From: Eledone cirrhosa
Taxonomy: Eukaryota
DNA: 64,000 nt
Direction: 5' to 3'
Assembly: GCA_964016885.1 (NCBI GenBank)
Contig: OZ024749.1
Span: 45,384,001-45,448,000 of the forward strand
Program-made: the position numbers and the translations under genes
The notes under the pieces: generated by a model
What the model saw: only the letters and a program-made list of their open reading frames with translations
What the model was told of the DNA's origin: nothing
Databases searched by the model: none
Part shown: one piece after another, positions 61,283-64,000 of the stretch
How positions within the stretch are numbered: position 1 is the stretch's first letter
How the letters are laid out: the number at the start of each line of letters is the position of its first letter

Positions 61283-61474
61283 ATATTTAATGTAGAAAGG
61301 CTTCTACAGGACTAGAACTGTTTCATTCCGGAGAAACCATCAGAGCTTCCTGATGATTTCTCCTGAATGAAACAGTTCTAGTACTGTAGAAGCCTTTCTA
61401 CATTAAATATCTATACTCTGCTTTGTATGGAGTACCTTACTGTGGTTACCCCCGATTGAACCCGGGAGTAACTT
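61283..61474. mobile_element. PLE-type mini insertion, inverted duplication (family G)
   Basis: 61-bp arms 61283-61343 and 61350-61410 with about 3 mismatches, right tail of about 64 nt, TA-rich flanks. Confidence 0.7.
61345..61393 (+). ncRNA. Type I hammerhead ribozyme motif, family G
   Basis: gcttc-CTGATGA-tttc(tcct)gaat-GAAA-cag(ttctagta)ctg-TA-gaagc; stems I and III pair fully, stem II closing pair is U-U. Confidence 0.75.
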
Positions 61475-61542
61475 ATATAAATGTATATATATATATATAT
61501 ATATAGCTCTGTGTGTTTATCCATATACGTCTCCCACTCTTT

Positions 61543-61597
<55 letters not shown>

Positions 61598-62984
61598 ATA
61601 CATATATATTTAGAGACAGGGAAATAGATACGAAGCCCAAGAAGATTAATTAGGGTGTACTACGCACTAATGCCGCTAAGAAGGAGATAATTCAATACAT
61701 CAGTAGGGTAAAAATTAATTCTTAGACAAGAACCCTTGTTTAAATACTTGTCTCAGTGTTCAATGTGATATAAAAAAAAGAATAACACCGAAAAGCCAGG
61801 TGGTATTTCTAAACCGGGTGACTATTATAGGAATGAAAAGTGTCCAGCACTCTACCGTTGCTGTCTCTGCAGTGCGCCTTTTTATTACGTAAACATTAAA
61901 TTTTACTTCCTCTGTTGTTGCTATAGTAAAGAAATCATTACTACTTCAACTATTAAATGACTTAGATCGCAAACAGTCTTTTCCCCTTTTCTTTTCTTTT
62001 TTAGTAGACACTAGAGGTCAAATCATTGAACAAATAATTAATATTTTCAAGCGATATTTAGGCAACTCAGAAATTCACTCACACTGAAACGGAAATTATG
62101 CAGTACGAAATGATTCATGTCTACCATATATTTAATGGTTTGCAGACACTGATTCGCCAGATAGATAGACTTTATTATGAATTTTCGTTTCATGTTAACA
62201 GTAAATAACTTGTTAGTATCAAGATTTAATCAAATCTTGATCTTCAATATTATTAAGGAGCATGCTGCGATAAACGAACCAAGACATAATTAACGAAACA
62301 AGTAGAAGAAATATACGTTAGATAAATTGTTTGTCAAACGGTGAGCATGTGATTAGTTTAGAGTAAAATTTAATAATGTTGACTAGGAACTTTGCAGAAT
62401 GAGACTCCAAACTGTGAGTATATATAGAGCACGATGTATTTTTCTGGTCTGTTTGTGTTACAATACATAGAGGGAAACTGAACAATAACTGTTAAAGCAG
62501 TTCTTCAATAACAGTTTGACATGTGTACTAAAATAAAGTACGAAGACAGATTTCAGTGTTCAATATCATTGCTGTTCACCTTATTGTAGATGTTTAGCTC
62601 AAGGTCAGACTACCAATTAAAAGTGTTCCAGTCATACCCATGTGATGTACGTAGCCCGGCTGAAAGGTTTATAGGGTGACCAAGACACTCTTATGAAATG
62701 ACGAAACGAGGTTTATTTATCAACATATTGCCCAGCACGAAACAATGCAGTTGTTATTAAGAAGATTTGAAATTAATACCTGCAACGTTTCACAGCTGTA
62801 ATATCGCTCCTTCATAGTCAGCATATGACCCTTTCAGCCCACCTTCGTATGTTCACTACCTTAACAGATGTGTTCTTTCTTTTTTTACTTAAAATGATAG
62901 AGTGTGATTTAAAGGCGATTGGGTTGGTCGTGGCTTTAGATGTAATTTCCAAAGAGTGATTCAACATTGTTGATATAAAGAATG

Positions 62985-63090
62985 ATTTCTAATATAGGCA
63001 GAAGGCCAGTAATTTGGGGAAGGGGAAATTCGATAAAACGCCCTCAGTACGTTACTGGTACTTTATTTTATCAACCCCGTAAGGATGAAA
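62985..63090 (-). mobile_element. SINE family 1 long variant, partial
   Basis: ttactggtactttattttatcaaccccgtaaggatgaaa plus the long-variant segment. Confidence 0.7.
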
Positions 63091-63486
63091 ACCAAAATTA
63101 ACTTCTTGATATAAAGAATGAAAAAAATCAATGTGGTGAATCTGCTTAATTTGTATCGCCTGTTGACATCAATATAACGATCGAGCAAATCTGGAATAGT
63201 TAAGACAATATAAAATTGTTGTCTCGTCTTTCGAAAAGTGGAAGCTTTGCCGATTTCACTGTTCTCATATCTATTAGATATTATGATATTTAAATTAGAG
63301 ACACGTAAATCATTTACTGAACCCGTTCGTTTTTCCATAACATCTAGAATCATGAGGTCATATTTAAGTGTACTGTTAACAACAGTTTCAAATGGATATC
63401 CATACGAAGAAGAGTAGAAATCATTTCATCTGAATTATTAGAATTAGGATAAACAAAATATTGTTTCATTATAGCAAAGTAAGTGG

Positions 63487-63710
63487 GGAGATGGATTGGC
63501 AGTATCGGCGGAGCGTCGGACACCCTGCTTGGCAGCATAGAGTTACGGCCCTTTACGATCTGAGTTCAAATCCCGCCGAGGTTAACTTTGCCATTCATCC
63601 TTACGGGGTCGATAACGATGAAATAAAGCATCAGTAACGTACTGGGGTCGTTTTAATCGACTTTTCTCTCCCCTCAAATTACTGGCCTTGTGCCTATACT
63701 AGAAATAATT
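63487..63710 (+). mobile_element. SINE family 1 long variant, full length, with TSD
   Basis: A and B boxes; TSD ttatag(c/g)aaagtaagt on both sides. Confidence 0.85.
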
Positions 63711-63805
63711 ATAGGAAAGTAAGTAAATATATGCAAATATTTTCAACATTTGCATATATTTACTTACTTTACTATAATGATTTCTAGTATAGGCACAAGG
63801 CTAGT
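63681..63805. repeat. Tail-to-tail palindrome including a SINE 3' end
   Basis: About 61-bp arms, 3-nt loop at 63742-63744, about 4 mismatches. Confidence 0.85.
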
Positions 63806-64000
63806 GAATTATATTCTATTCTAATTAGCTTCGTGATAGAAATAAAATAAAGATATGTGTTCACACATATAAATATATCTACATCAAAATCAAAGCTCTC
63901 CCACCCTAAATACTCAGTGAGATTTCGACGATTTTGTATATTGGTAATTATATATTTGACGTGCGTTTGGTTTAGTTGATTTACTGTGGGAGACAATTGC

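Overview
AT-rich, microsatellite-saturated eukaryotic non-coding DNA. The SINE repertoire and (TA)n/(CA)n density suggest an octopod cephalopod, but that is inference. I find no intact protein-coding gene: nearly all listed ORFs are read-through of (TA)n, (CA)n and trinucleotide tracts. Recognisable content includes about 16 copies of one tRNA-derived SINE, 3 copies of a CORE-like SINE, an internally deleted RTE LINE, a CRE-like endonuclease remnant, a small Tc1/mariner MITE, a probable GPCR pseudogene and a 2.3-kb 47/48-bp minisatellite. The main signal is a set of at least 8 mutually unrelated short elements inserted in (TA)n or (CA)n tracts. Most carry type I hammerhead ribozyme (HHR) motifs (CUGANGA-stem II-GAAA-stem III-NUH, often with a palindromic stem III). 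They are typically head-to-head inverted duplications with one short arm stopping at a family-fixed TA and one long arm carrying an extra tail. This fits Penelope-like element (PLE) pLTR insertions. Notable details are a compensatory U3-A8 core variant and inversion junctions centred on ribozyme stem II. All folds were paired by eye; no activity is demonstrated.
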